Shown: piece after piece, positions 37,698-47,068 of the stretch
How positions within the stretch are numbered: position 1 is the stretch's first letter
Layout of the letters: every line of letters begins with the position of its first letter
DNA from: Gemmatimonadaceae bacterium
Lineage (GTDB): Bacteria > Gemmatimonadota > Gemmatimonadetes > Gemmatimonadales > Gemmatimonadaceae
Assembly: GCA_039915865.1 (NCBI GenBank)
Contig: JBDSML010000177.1
Span: forward strand, 3,323 to 67,322
Direction: 5' to 3'
DNA: 64,000 nucleotides
Made by a program: the position numbers and the translations under genes
The notes under the pieces: model-generated
Told to the model about the DNA's origin: nothing
Database searches by the model: none
What the model saw: the letters and a program-made list of their open reading frames with translations, nothing else

Positions 37698-39233
37698 TCA
37701 CTTCAGCTCGAGCACGACGAGCGACTTTGCGGGCAGTTGTACGGTGAGGGTGCCACCGGCGAGGCGCGCGCCGTCGAAGGCGACAGGATGCACGGCGTTG
37801 GGCTGCTCGAAGGTGTTGTGCGCGGTCATCTGCGTCGCCGTGAGGATCCGGCCGGTCACTGACGACACCGACTGCCCGCGCACGGAGACGTTGATCGTGC
37901 GTGCCTGGTTGGGATCGATATTGGTGAGCGTCAGGTGCATCACGCCGGCCTTGTCGCGCGACGCGGTGGCGCTGACGGCGGGCATCGCGCGATCGCCATT
38001 CACGTAGCGGCCTGCGTCGAGGGAGATGGGGAGGAGCAGGGCGTCGTGGTGGACCGTGTACATCTCGAAGGTGTGATACGTCGGCGTCAGCACGAGCTTG
38101 TCGCCCTGCGTGAGGATCATCGCCTGCAGCACGTTCACCGTCTGCGCGATGTTCGCCATGTGAACGCGATCCGCATGCTTGTTGAAGGCATCGAACGCGA
38201 CGGATGCGACGAGCGCATCACGCAGTGCGTTCTGCTGATAGAGAAAACCGGGGTTGCTGCCTGGCTCACCCTGATGCCACGTGCCCCACTCGCCAACGAT
38301 GAGCCACACGCGCTTGCGAGGATCGTAGCGATCCATGATGGCCGACTGGCGCGTGAGCAGGTCGTCGAAGCCGGTGGCCTTCTGCATCAGCTCCGCCCAC
38401 TCGGCCTCGGTGAAGTCGGTGGCCTTGCCCTTCTTCGCCCACGTGCCGGTGAGGAGATAGTGATGCAGGTCGATGCCGTCGATCATGCGACCGGCCTCGC
38501 GCATCATCACTTCCGTCCACGTGTAGTTGTCGTCGCTGGGACCTGTGGCAATCCTGAAGGCGCGCGTGCTGCCGTAGCTGGGAAGGAAGCTCGCGTACCG
38601 CTTGTATTCGTTCGCGTAATACTCCGGGCTCATGTTCCCGCCGCAGCCCCAACTCTCGTTGCCGATGCCCCAGAACTTCACGTTCCACGGCTCCTCACGT
38701 CCGTTCTTGCGACGGAGATCCGCCATGGGACTCTTGCCGGGATGGTTCACGTATTCCCACCACTCCTGCATCTCCTGCACACCGCCACTGCCGACATTGC
38801 CGACGATGAACGGCTCGGCGCCGAGCTTCTGGGTGAGCTCGAGGAATTCGTGCGTGCCGACGCCATTGTCCTCCGTCACGCCACCCCAGTTGTTGTTGAC
38901 GACACTCGGCCGCTGCGCGCGCGGGCCGATGCCGTCCTTCCAATGGTAGTAGTCGGCGAAGCAGCCACCGGGCCAGCGGAGGTTCGGAATCTTGATCGCG
39001 CGCAACGCCTGCACGACGTCTTCGCGGATGCGCCACTCGTTGTTCTGTCGCGTCCAGATGCCGTCGTAGATCAGCCGGCCGAGATGCTCGGCGAAGTGGC
39101 CGTAGATGTGACGGCTGATGGTGTCGCGGCCTTGATCGGCGTTGATGATGAGGGTCTGCGGCGACTGGGCCGCCGCGGACCGGAGCGCGAGCGTGACGGC
39201 GAGAACGGCAACGGCAAGCGATCGCGCGATCAT
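37698..39233 (-). CDS. alpha-L-arabinofuranosidase, GH51
   Basis: Signal peptide. IYGHFAEHLGRLIYDGIW, LRWPGGCFADYYHWKDGIGP, WGIGNESWGCGGNM (acid/base Glu context), and a C-terminal beta-sandwich. Confidence 0.9.
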   Translation of the reverse strand: MIARSLAVAVLAVTLALRSAAAQSPQTLIINADQGRDTISRHIYGHFAEHLGRLIYDGIWTRQNNEWRIREDVVQALRAIKIPNLRWPGGCFADYYHWKDGIGPRAQRPSVVNNNWGGVTEDNGVGTHEFLELTQKLGAEPFIVGNVGSGGVQEMQEWWEYVNHPGKSPMADLRRKNGREEPWNVKFWGIGNESWGCGGNMSPEYYANEYKRYASFLPSYGSTRAFRIATGPSDDNYTWTEVMMREAGRMIDGIDLHHYLLTGTWAKKGKATDFTEAEWAELMQKATGFDDLLTRQSAIMDRYDPRKRVWLIVGEWGTWHQGEPGSNPGFLYQQNALRDALVASVAFDAFNKHADRVHMANIAQTVNVLQAMILTQGDKLVLTPTYHTFEMYTVHHDALLLPISLDAGRYVNGDRAMPAVSATASRDKAGVMHLTLTNIDPNQARTINVSVRGQSVSSVTGRILTATQMTAHNTFEQPNAVHPVAFDGARLAGGTLTVQLPAKSLVVLELK

Positions 39234-39337
39234 GAAGACCTCTCAGTGAGTAGGCTCGAAATTGTTGCGGCAAATAACAATCGGCGGGCGACTTCAGGCA
39301 ATAGATCTCCAATGTGTTCTCACAACGCAGTAATTCC

Positions 39338-39515
39338 CGGATTCTTCAATTCCGTGATTCCAGCCTTCAATTCAAACAAGCGCGGCAAGTCTACCGGCTT
39401 TCACGCGTCGAAAAGCAACACGGACTGATGGCTGGAATCACGGAATTCAGGAATCGGGGGAATGACTGCGTGGGTCGGAACCAAGCGCGCGTCCCTCGAC
39501 TTCGCTCGGGACGAC
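39338..39515 (-). repeat. bipartite intergenic repeat, copy A (AT-rich long hairpin + GC-rich REP-like module), inverted relative to copy B
   Basis: Arms 39338-39365 (cggattcttcaattccgtgattccagcc) and 39430-39457 (ggctggaatcacggaattcaggaatcgg). The inner 18 bp are perfect, with 3 mismatches in the outer part, and the loop is 64 nt. The GC module is gtccctcgacttcgctcgggacgac at 39491-39515. Confidence 0.85.
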
Positions 39516-39521
39516 ACCGGA

Positions 39522-40448
39522 TCACCTCGCGCGCTGAAGCTTGCTTTGCACGACCACCACACCGAGCAGAAACCCCCCGCGCAGTACCCACTGCCACCAC
39601 GGACTGATCGTCCCCTCGAGGTTGAACAGGTTGAAGATCACACCGAGCAACAGCACGCCGATCAGCGTCGCACCGGCGCCGCCTTGGCCACCGGTGAGCA
39701 GCGTCCCTCCCACGACAACCGCCGCGATGGCGTCCAACTCCCAGCCGATGCCCGCGACGGGTTGGCCCGCGCCGAGTCGCCCGGCGAGGACGACGCCGGC
39801 CAGTCCGGCGAGCAGGCCACTCAGCGCATACGTGCCGATGACCACCCGATCGACGCGCAGTCCCATCAGCCGCGCAGCGTCCTCGCTGTCGCCGACGGCG
39901 TAGACGTAGCGGCCGAAACGCGTGTATCGCAGCACGAGCGCGCCGACGAGATACGCGAGAAAGAGCAGGACGATCGGCGTCGGCACGACACCGATACTGC
40001 CCCGGCCGAGCCACGTGAGTCCTGCCGCCGATGACGTCACGCCGATGCTCTGCTCGTTGGTCGCCGCGAGCGCGGCACCGCGCGCGGCGATGAGCATCGC
40101 CAGCGTGACGATGAACGGCTGGATGCGCGCCTTCGTGATGAGCAGTCCGTTCACGACGCCAAGCAGCGTCGCGGCGCCGATGCCGCCGAGGATGGCGACG
40201 AAGGCTCCATGCGGCGCGAGCAGCGCTGCAACGACACCAGCTACCGCCAACAGCGCTCCAACAGACAAGTCGATGCCGCCGCTCAGGATCACGAACGTCA
40301 TTCCGAGCGCGACGAAGCCGAGCATGCTGTTCTGTCGCAACACGTTCGACAGATTCTCGATCGTGAGGAACGCCTCGTACCGCGCGACGCCCACGATGCA
40401 TGCGACCACGAGCGCGACGAGTGCGCCACTGCGCTGGAGGCGCCTCAT
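39522..40448 (-). CDS. sugar ABC transporter permease (ribose/galactofuranose-type, YjfF-like)
   Basis: C-terminal 308 codons of ORF 39522..41441. GFVALGMTFVILSGGIDLSVG and 8-10 TM helices. Its start overlaps the upstream permease stop (ATGA). Confidence 0.85.
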   Translation of the reverse strand: MRRLQRSGALVALVVACIVGVARYEAFLTIENLSNVLRQNSMLGFVALGMTFVILSGGIDLSVGALLAVAGVVAALLAPHGAFVAILGGIGAATLLGVVNGLLITKARIQPFIVTLAMLIAARGAALAATNEQSIGVTSSAAGLTWLGRGSIGVVPTPIVLLFLAYLVGALVLRYTRFGRYVYAVGDSEDAARLMGLRVDRVVIGTYALSGLLAGLAGVVLAGRLGAGQPVAGIGWELDAIAAVVVGGTLLTGGQGGAGATLIGVLLLGVIFNLFNLEGTISPWWQWVLRGGFLLGVVVVQSKLQRAR

Positions 40449-41377
40449 GCGCGCTTGCCGCGCTGCAGATAGACCGCGATGAGGATGATCGCCGCCTTCA
40501 GTGCCAGCGACCACGAATACGGCACGAGCAGCATGTTGAAGCTCGTCGCGATGACCTGCATGATCAGCGCGCCGACGACCGTTCCGCCGATCGTCGCGCG
40601 CCCGCCGGCCAGCGCCGTGCCACCAACAACGACGGCTGCGATTGCGTCGAGCTCCATGTTCTGCCCGATCTTCGCGGCGTCGCTCGCGCCAAGTCGCGCC
40701 GCCACGATCAACCCGGCGATCCCCGAGAGGAATGCGCTCGCCGCATAGACGGTGACGAGCGTCTTCCGCACCGGCACACCCGCGAGCCGAGCGGCTGGCG
40801 CATTGCCTCCGACAGCGAGCACATAGCGTCCCATCGTCGTCGCACGGAGCACGAAGACTGCCGCCGCGACAGCGACGACCGCAACGATGACCGGAAGCGG
40901 AATCGGACCGAGGTGCCCTCGGCCAAGCGCAAGGAAGAACGGCTGCTCGATCGAGACGAGCTCGCCGTCGCGGCTGATGATCTGCGCGAGCCCGCGTCCG
41001 GCAATGAGTGTCGCGAGCGTGACGACGATGGGCTGCACACGTAGCCATGCGATCAACGCGCCATTGAGCACGCCGACCAGCATCGTGCCGATGAGCGCAC
41101 CGCCGAGCGCGACGGTCGCTCCATACGGTGCCAGCACTGCGGCCATCGCACCGGCGATGGCCATCGTCGATCCGACCGAGAGGTCGACGCCACCGGTCGC
41201 GATGACGAACGTCATGCCGATGGCGCAGAGCATCACCGTCGACAGCTGGAGCAACACGTTCCACAGGTTGCTCGCCGTGGCGAAGTTCGGTGTGAAGGCC
41301 GCGTTCACCAGCACGAGCACGATGAGCACGACGAGCGCCGCGTATTCGGGAGCCGGCGCGAGCCGCCGCCAGTTCAC
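40445..41377 (-). CDS. sugar ABC transporter permease (YtfT-like)
   Basis: LCAIGMTFVIATGGVDLSVGS and a polytopic profile. Its start overlaps the ATPase stop by 4 nt. Confidence 0.85.
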   Translation of the reverse strand: MNWRRLAPAPEYAALVVLIVLVLVNAAFTPNFATASNLWNVLLQLSTVMLCAIGMTFVIATGGVDLSVGSTMAIAGAMAAVLAPYGATVALGGALIGTMLVGVLNGALIAWLRVQPIVVTLATLIAGRGLAQIISRDGELVSIEQPFFLALGRGHLGPIPLPVIVAVVAVAAAVFVLRATTMGRYVLAVGGNAPAARLAGVPVRKTLVTVYAASAFLSGIAGLIVAARLGASDAAKIGQNMELDAIAAVVVGGTALAGGRATIGGTVVGALIMQVIATSFNMLLVPYSWSLALKAAIILIAVYLQRGKRA

Positions 41378-42897
41378 GAGTCGGCCATCGCGTGGATGAT
41401 CGCCTCTTCTGAGATCGCCTCCCCTCGCAACTCGGCGACATTGCGTCCGTCGCGCAGCACGAGGACGCGCGAGCTGCCTTCGACGAGCTCCTCCAGCTCC
41501 GACGAGATCATCAGCACCCCGAGTCCAGCGTCGGCGAGCTCGTTCAGCAGGTGTTGAATCTCACCCTTGGCACCAATGTCGATGCCGCGTGTCGGCTCGT
41601 CGAGGATCAGGAGCTTGGGATCGGTGCACAACCAGCGCGCGAGCAGCACCTTCTGCTGATTCCCACCCGACAGCTCCCGCATCCGCTGATCGGCGCTCGT
41701 CGCCTTGATGCCCATGCGCTGCATGAAGCGATCGACGATCTCCGTCTGCCGGCGGCGCGAGACGATGCCGTACTTCGTGAGCAGCGGCAGTGCCGCGAGC
41801 GTGAGGTTTTCGCGCACCGACAGATCGGGGATGATTCCTTCCGCCTTGCGATCCTCCGAGACGAAGCCGATGCCGGCGTCGATCGCGTCCTGTGGTGTGC
41901 GTGGGGCAAAGCTGGTTTCGCCGAATCGCATCGCGCCGGAATCCGGTGGCGTCGCACCAAAGATCGCGCGTGCCGTCTCCGTGCGGCCGGAGCCGAGCAG
42001 ACCGGCGAGTCCGACGATCTCGCCTCGGTGAACGCTGATACTCACGCCGCGCAGCCGTGAGCCGTGTGCGAGGCTGTCGGCGCGGAGAAACGGAACACCG
42101 TCAGCGATGCGCGAGCGATGGCCCGCGAAACCCGTGACGCCTTCCCGCAACGCATCGCGCGACTTGCCGAGCATGAGACAGACGAGGTCGATGCGCTCGA
42201 GTCCCTCGAGCGGCCGAGTCGCGACGAGCTTTCCGTCGCGGAGAACCGTCACGCGATCGCAGACCGCGTACAGCTCATCGAAGCGGTGGCTGATGTAGAC
42301 GATGGCCGTTCCCTGCTGCTTCAGGCGACGGATCAGGTCGTGAAGGATCCCCACTTCGCGCTCGGAGAGGGAGCTCGTCGGCTCATCGAGCACAAGCACC
42401 TTTGCGCCAAGCGACACGCCCCGCGCGATGGCGACCATCTGCTGTCGCGCTGTGTTGAGCGTGCCGAGGGTCGCTTCGGGATCGATGTCGACGTCGAGAC
42501 CGAGGCTCGCCAGAAGTGCGCGCGTCTCGGCGTTCATGCACGGCCAGTCGATCACGCCCCACCGTCGTGGCTCGCGGCCGAGGAAGACGTTCTCGGCGAC
42601 GGTGCGCAGGCGAAGGAGGTGGATCTCCTGATGCACGGCGCAGACGCCGGCGGCCTGCGCTTCGGCGGGCGTGTCGAAGTCCACGGCGCTGCCGTCGAGA
42701 TACATGGCGCCGTCGTCGCGATGGTAGGCGCCCGTCATGATCTTCACGAGCGTCGACTTGCCGGCGCCATTCTCGCCGACCAGCGCGTGGGCCTCGCCGG
42801 CGGCTATGGCGAAGTCGACGCTGTCGACGGCGGTCGCCGCACCGAAGCGCTTCGTGATCCCCTCCATGCGGAACAGCGCCGGAGAGGCATGCGGCAC
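41374..42897 (-). CDS. sugar ABC transporter ATP-binding protein (duplicated ATPase domains)
   Basis: Walker A GENGAGKST, signature LSGGNQQK, and a second domain GLLGSGRTE. 507 aa. Confidence 0.9.
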   Translation of the reverse strand: MPHASPALFRMEGITKRFGAATAVDSVDFAIAAGEAHALVGENGAGKSTLVKIMTGAYHRDDGAMYLDGSAVDFDTPAEAQAAGVCAVHQEIHLLRLRTVAENVFLGREPRRWGVIDWPCMNAETRALLASLGLDVDIDPEATLGTLNTARQQMVAIARGVSLGAKVLVLDEPTSSLSEREVGILHDLIRRLKQQGTAIVYISHRFDELYAVCDRVTVLRDGKLVATRPLEGLERIDLVCLMLGKSRDALREGVTGFAGHRSRIADGVPFLRADSLAHGSRLRGVSISVHRGEIVGLAGLLGSGRTETARAIFGATPPDSGAMRFGETSFAPRTPQDAIDAGIGFVSEDRKAEGIIPDLSVRENLTLAALPLLTKYGIVSRRRQTEIVDRFMQRMGIKATSADQRMRELSGGNQQKVLLARWLCTDPKLLILDEPTRGIDIGAKGEIQHLLNELADAGLGVLMISSELEELVEGSSRVLVLRDGRNVAELRGEAISEEAIIHAMADS

Positions 42898-42898
42898 C

Positions 42899-43846
42899 TC
42901 AGTAGGCGTCGGCGATGAACTGCTTGACGTTCGCGCGGTCGAAGAAGCGATCGTTGACGAGGATCTTCGCCGGAAGCTTCTCGCCCTTGCGGTACTTCTC
43001 GATCGTCTCGAACGCGAGCGGGCCGTAGCGCGGATTGCTCTCGACGGTGGCGCCGAGCTCGCCGCGATCGATGGCCTCGAGCGCGGCGCGCGAGCCGTCG
43101 ATGGAGACGATGATGACGTCGGTGCCGGGTTTCATGCCCGCCGCGATGAGCGCCTGGATGGCGCCGATCGCCATCTCGTCGTTGTGGGCATAGATGGCGG
43201 TGATCTTCCTGCCGAGCGACTGGGCGATGTTCTGCATGACGCCCTGGCCGGTGGCGCGTGCGAAGTTGCCTGTCTGCGAGGCGATGATCTTCATGTCGGG
43301 ATGCTTGGCGATCTCCTCGCGGAAGCCCTTCGCGCGATCGTCGGCGACGGACGCGCCCGGCGTGCCGGAGAGCTCGACGATGTTGGCGGTGCCCTTCGTC
43401 TGTGCGGCGAGCCATTCGCCGGCGCGTCGGCCCTGTTCCTGATAGTTCGACGCGAGCTCGGTGACATAGTCGACACCGGCGGTGCCGGCCGCGGCGCGGT
43501 CGACGAGGATGACGGGAATCTTCGCGGCCTTCGCGGCCTGGAGGGCAGGGGTGAGTCCGTCGAAGGTGCGTGGCGCGAGGACGATCATGTCGACGCGCCG
43601 CGCGATGAGGTCCTCGACGTCGGCGACCTGCTTGGCGGTCTGTCCTTGCGCGTCGGTGACGACGAGCTGGATGCCGCGCTTGGTGGCCTCGTCGCGGATG
43701 CTCTTCGTCTCGGCGAGTCTATAGGGGTTGTCGCTCTCCATCTGCGAAAAGCCGACGACGTATTCGCTGGACTTCTTCCGCGTGCAGCCGCCAACGCTGA
43801 GTATTGCAAGGACCAGAAGGGCGGCTCGGCGACAAGAATGAGGCAT
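42899..43846 (-). CDS. periplasmic sugar-binding lipoprotein (type I PBP, galactofuranose/ribose-binding-like)
   Basis: ORF 42899..43903, trimmed to MPHSCRRAALLVLAILSVGGC (lipobox). VGFSQMESDNPYR, IYAHNDEMAIGAIQAL. Confidence 0.85.
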   Translation of the reverse strand: MPHSCRRAALLVLAILSVGGCTRKKSSEYVVGFSQMESDNPYRLAETKSIRDEATKRGIQLVVTDAQGQTAKQVADVEDLIARRVDMIVLAPRTFDGLTPALQAAKAAKIPVILVDRAAAGTAGVDYVTELASNYQEQGRRAGEWLAAQTKGTANIVELSGTPGASVADDRAKGFREEIAKHPDMKIIASQTGNFARATGQGVMQNIAQSLGRKITAIYAHNDEMAIGAIQALIAAGMKPGTDVIIVSIDGSRAALEAIDRGELGATVESNPRYGPLAFETIEKYRKGEKLPAKILVNDRFFDRANVKQFIADAY

Positions 43847-43912
43847 GATTTGGTTGTGAAGTGGACGCTGGACTGAGTACGCTGTGGCGCGGGCGGTTGT
43901 CAAGACATCATT

Positions 43913-44080
43913 GTCGTCCCGAGCGTCTCGCGAGGGACCCGCTTTCGGCGCTATGCCGAGATGGCGGTGATCGTCTCAGAGATCAGATTCTTCAATTCTT
44001 GCATTCTTGCATTCTAGCCGTCGGTTCACGGACCTATGGAACTGATGGCTGGAATTGAAGAATCGAAGAATTAAAGAATC
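43913..44080 (+). repeat. bipartite intergenic repeat, copy B (GC-rich REP-like module + AT-rich long hairpin)
   Basis: GC module gtcgtcccgagcgtctcgcgagggac at 43913-43938. Arms at 43986-44019 (gattcttc aattcttg cattcttg cattctag cc) and 44047-44080 (ggctggaattgaagaatcgaagaattaaagaatc), with a 27-nt loop. The arms are built from 8-bp periodic ATTCTT-like units. It shares gattcttcaattc and actgatggctggaat with copy A. Confidence 0.85.
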
Positions 44081-44177
44081 GACCTGATAACGTCGAAAGT
44101 GGGGCGCGGCGGCTGCAAAGCAGGTCCCGACACTCGCTGTAGCTGTTGCGGGATGACATTGGCCAATCAAACGGGAA

Positions 44178-46997
44178 ATGACCCATATCGCATTCCGTAC
44201 GCTCCGCAATCTTGGATTGCTGTCCGCATTCGCAGCCGGGCCGATTCACGCACAAATACTCGCGCAACGGGAGGCAATCCCACTGCCCGAGCATCCTCGG
44301 CCCGACTTCCAACGCCCCGACTGGATCAACCTGAACGGCCAGTGGCAGTTCAAGTTCGACGCTGGCAACAAGGGCGAGGGCGCGCGGTGGTTCGCCGGCA
44401 GCCTCGCTGCACCGCAGAAGATCCTCGTTCCGTTCTCGTGGGGTGCGCCGCTCTCTGGCGTCGCAGACAGCGCGGACATCGGCTGGTACCAGCGCACCAT
44501 CACCGTACCGTCGAGTTGGCGGGGCAAGCGTGTCTTCCTCGTGGTCGGCGCGTCCGATTGGAAGACGTCTGTCTGGCTCGGCGACAAGAAGGTTGGCGAG
44601 CATCAGGGTGGATACACGCCGTTCTCCGTCGAGCTCACGCCGTCGCTCGCCTACGGCACGCCGCAGCGCGTCACGCTTCGCGTCGACGACACGACGCACC
44701 CGTTCAAGCTCGAGGGCAAGCAGGGCTACGGAAAGGCGCGCGGCATGTGGCAGACGGTGTACCTCGAGGCGCGCGGCAGCGATCCACTCGAGTACGTCCA
44801 TTTCACTCCGGACATCAGGAACGGACGCGTTGCGGTCGAGGCGCAATTGCTCGAACCGGCGCCCAAGGCGATGACGCTCCGGTTGGCATTCACTGCTGAG
44901 GGCGGCGTCACTGCGCCGGTACAGCGCATCGCGGCTGGTGCGCGAACGGCGCGCTTCGACGTCGCGATTCCGAACGCACGACTCTGGTCGCCAGAGGATC
45001 CATATCTCTATGACGTTGCGGTCACGCTGAAGGGCGAGGGCATCGCAACCGACAGTCTCGACACGTACTTCGGCATGCGCGAGATCTCCGTCGTCGACCT
45101 GCCGGGGACGACGTTTCCCTACGTCGCACTGAATGGCAAGCCGATCTACCTGCAGCTCGCGCTCGATCAGTCGTATCATCCGACGGGCTTTTACACGTTT
45201 CCCACGGACTCCGTCCTGCGACACGAGATTCTCCAGGCGCGACAGATCGGTCTCACCGGCTTGCGCGAGCACATCAAGATCGAATCGCCGCGAAAGCTGT
45301 ACTGGGCCGACAAGCTTGGCGTGCTGATGATGGCCGACGTTCCGAACTGGTGGGGTCCACCCGATTCGGCGTCGTTCGCCGAGCATGACTACGCGATGCG
45401 GCAGATGATCGCGCGGGACTACAATCATCCGTCGATCTTCTCGTGGGTCGCCTACAATGAAGCGTGGGGACTGCTCTCGAAGGTGAATGGGAGGGACACG
45501 TATCTCCCGTCGACGATGCAATCCGTGATCGCGAGCGTGCGTCTCGCGAAGCAGCTCGACCCCACGCGATTGGTGGAGGACAACTCGCCCTGCTGCGGAC
45601 GAGGGCACACGGTCACGGACCTCAACTCGTGGCACGAGTACCTCCCGGGTTGGCAATGGGAGAACCGTCTCCGCGTCATCAGCGACAGCACGAATCCGTC
45701 GTCGCCGTGGAACTTCGAGAAGGGCTACACGCAGGGCCGGCAGCCGATGTTCAACTCGGAGTTCGGCAATGTGTGGGGGTACGAGGGCTCGACCGGCGAC
45801 GTCGATTGGAGCTGGGACTACCATCTCGCGGTGAATGCGTTCCGTCGTCACGCAAAGCTGTCCGGTTGGCTCTATACGGAGCTCGACGACGTCATCAACG
45901 AGTGGAACGGCTACTGGCGCGCCGATCGCTCACGCAAGGAGACCGGGCTCGGTGAGTTGGTGCAGGGCATGACGCTTCGCGACCTCCACGCGCCGATGTA
46001 CATCGCTGTCGGTTCCGCGATGAGTACTGCAGCGCGCGCTGGAGAGACGATGCAGGTGCCGCTGTATGCATCGTTTCTCTCGGACAGCCGAGCGTACGGT
46101 GATTCGTTGACGCTGCGGTTCGAGCTCTATGGATGGAACGCGCTCGGCGAGCGACAGTCGTACTCGACGTCGTCGCGGCGCGTTCCGTTCCGCGCGTGGA
46201 TGTCGGAGGCGTTGGCTCCCCTGACGGTGACGATGCCCAACGAGCGTGCGGTGGCGGTGCTCACGACGCGTCTCGAGGATGCGAGTGGCACCGTACTCCA
46301 GCGGAACTTCACGACGTTTGTCGTCGAGGGAGATGTCCCGCGCGAGATGCAGTTGGCGAATGGTCGCCGTGCGCGCGTCGCCATGGTGAGTCCAACGTCA
46401 TACAGCGCTTCGAAGTGGACGTCGAAGTCGTGGACGGTGATGGACAGCCTCAAGGCAAATGGCGCGGGGTCGGGCTACTTCGAGTATCGAATTCCATGGC
46501 CGGCCGACTTGAAGGCCGCTGATGTCACGCAGGCGACGTTCCTGGTGGAGGCGTCGGCGAAGCGATTGAACGGCAAGGACCGCGACACGACGGCGAAGGA
46601 CAACGGCGATTACATGCGCGGCGGCGGGCTGCAGGATCCGAGCAAGAACCGGAATGCGTATCCGATGACGGGCACGACGCCGTATCCGAGTGCTGTGACG
46701 GTGCGCGTGAATGGTGCAGTGGCCGGTCGCTACGAGTTACCGGACGATCCTGCCGATCATCGTGGGATCCTGTCGTGGCATTCGCAGAAGCGCGACAAGT
46801 ATCTGCGCGAGGCGGGCTCGTACGGCGAGCTCCTTCATGTGCCGATTCCTGCGTCGGCGCTCGCCGCGGCCGCGCAATCGGGCGTCGTCGTCGTGCGGCT
46901 CGAGGTGGATAGCGCGATGCCGGGCGGTCTCGCCATTTACGGTGCACGGTTCGGGCGCTATCCGGTCGATCCAACTGTGGTGTTCGTTCTGCGCTGA
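44178..46997 (+). CDS. glycoside hydrolase family 2 protein (beta-galactosidase/beta-glucuronidase-like), secreted
   Basis: Signal peptide. GH2 sugar-binding region (WINLNGQWQFKFD, GWYQRTITVP, VFLVVGASDWKTSVWLG) and TIM barrel (LNGKPIYLQLALDQSYHPTGFY, GLTGLREHIK, HPSIFSWVAYNEAWG). 939 aa. Confidence 0.85.
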   Translation: MTHIAFRTLRNLGLLSAFAAGPIHAQILAQREAIPLPEHPRPDFQRPDWINLNGQWQFKFDAGNKGEGARWFAGSLAAPQKILVPFSWGAPLSGVADSADIGWYQRTITVPSSWRGKRVFLVVGASDWKTSVWLGDKKVGEHQGGYTPFSVELTPSLAYGTPQRVTLRVDDTTHPFKLEGKQGYGKARGMWQTVYLEARGSDPLEYVHFTPDIRNGRVAVEAQLLEPAPKAMTLRLAFTAEGGVTAPVQRIAAGARTARFDVAIPNARLWSPEDPYLYDVAVTLKGEGIATDSLDTYFGMREISVVDLPGTTFPYVALNGKPIYLQLALDQSYHPTGFYTFPTDSVLRHEILQARQIGLTGLREHIKIESPRKLYWADKLGVLMMADVPNWWGPPDSASFAEHDYAMRQMIARDYNHPSIFSWVAYNEAWGLLSKVNGRDTYLPSTMQSVIASVRLAKQLDPTRLVEDNSPCCGRGHTVTDLNSWHEYLPGWQWENRLRVISDSTNPSSPWNFEKGYTQGRQPMFNSEFGNVWGYEGSTGDVDWSWDYHLAVNAFRRHAKLSGWLYTELDDVINEWNGYWRADRSRKETGLGELVQGMTLRDLHAPMYIAVGSAMSTAARAGETMQVPLYASFLSDSRAYGDSLTLRFELYGWNALGERQSYSTSSRRVPFRAWMSEALAPLTVTMPNERAVAVLTTRLEDASGTVLQRNFTTFVVEGDVPREMQLANGRRARVAMVSPTSYSASKWTSKSWTVMDSLKANGAGSGYFEYRIPWPADLKAADVTQATFLVEASAKRLNGKDRDTTAKDNGDYMRGGGLQDPSKNRNAYPMTGTTPYPSAVTVRVNGAVAGRYELPDDPADHRGILSWHSQKRDKYLREAGSYGELLHVPIPASALAAAAQSGVVVVRLEVDSAMPGGLAIYGARFGRYPVDPTVVFVLR

Positions 46998-47068
46998 GCG
47001 GAACGACGCAACGCAGTACGCGCTTCGCGCGCGTCTTCTGCGTTGCAACTCATCAGCTCAGGGCAGAC

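Noticed and set aside
39314-39607. ORFs 39314..39607, 39462..40034 (5' part) and 43861..44058 as small proteins
   Set aside because: They are translations of the bipartite repeat elements (ILQF/EFRN and DFARDD-type peptides). They have atypical composition and no coding periodicity.
44034-45851. 605-aa minus-strand ORF antisense to the GH2 gene, and similar long antisense ORFs (31019-32119, 33587-34774, 37935-39428, 55801-57171, 57621-58775)
   Set aside because: All overlap genes with strong family signatures on the other strand. All have Arg/Asp/His-rich nonsense-like composition and are high-G+C artefacts.
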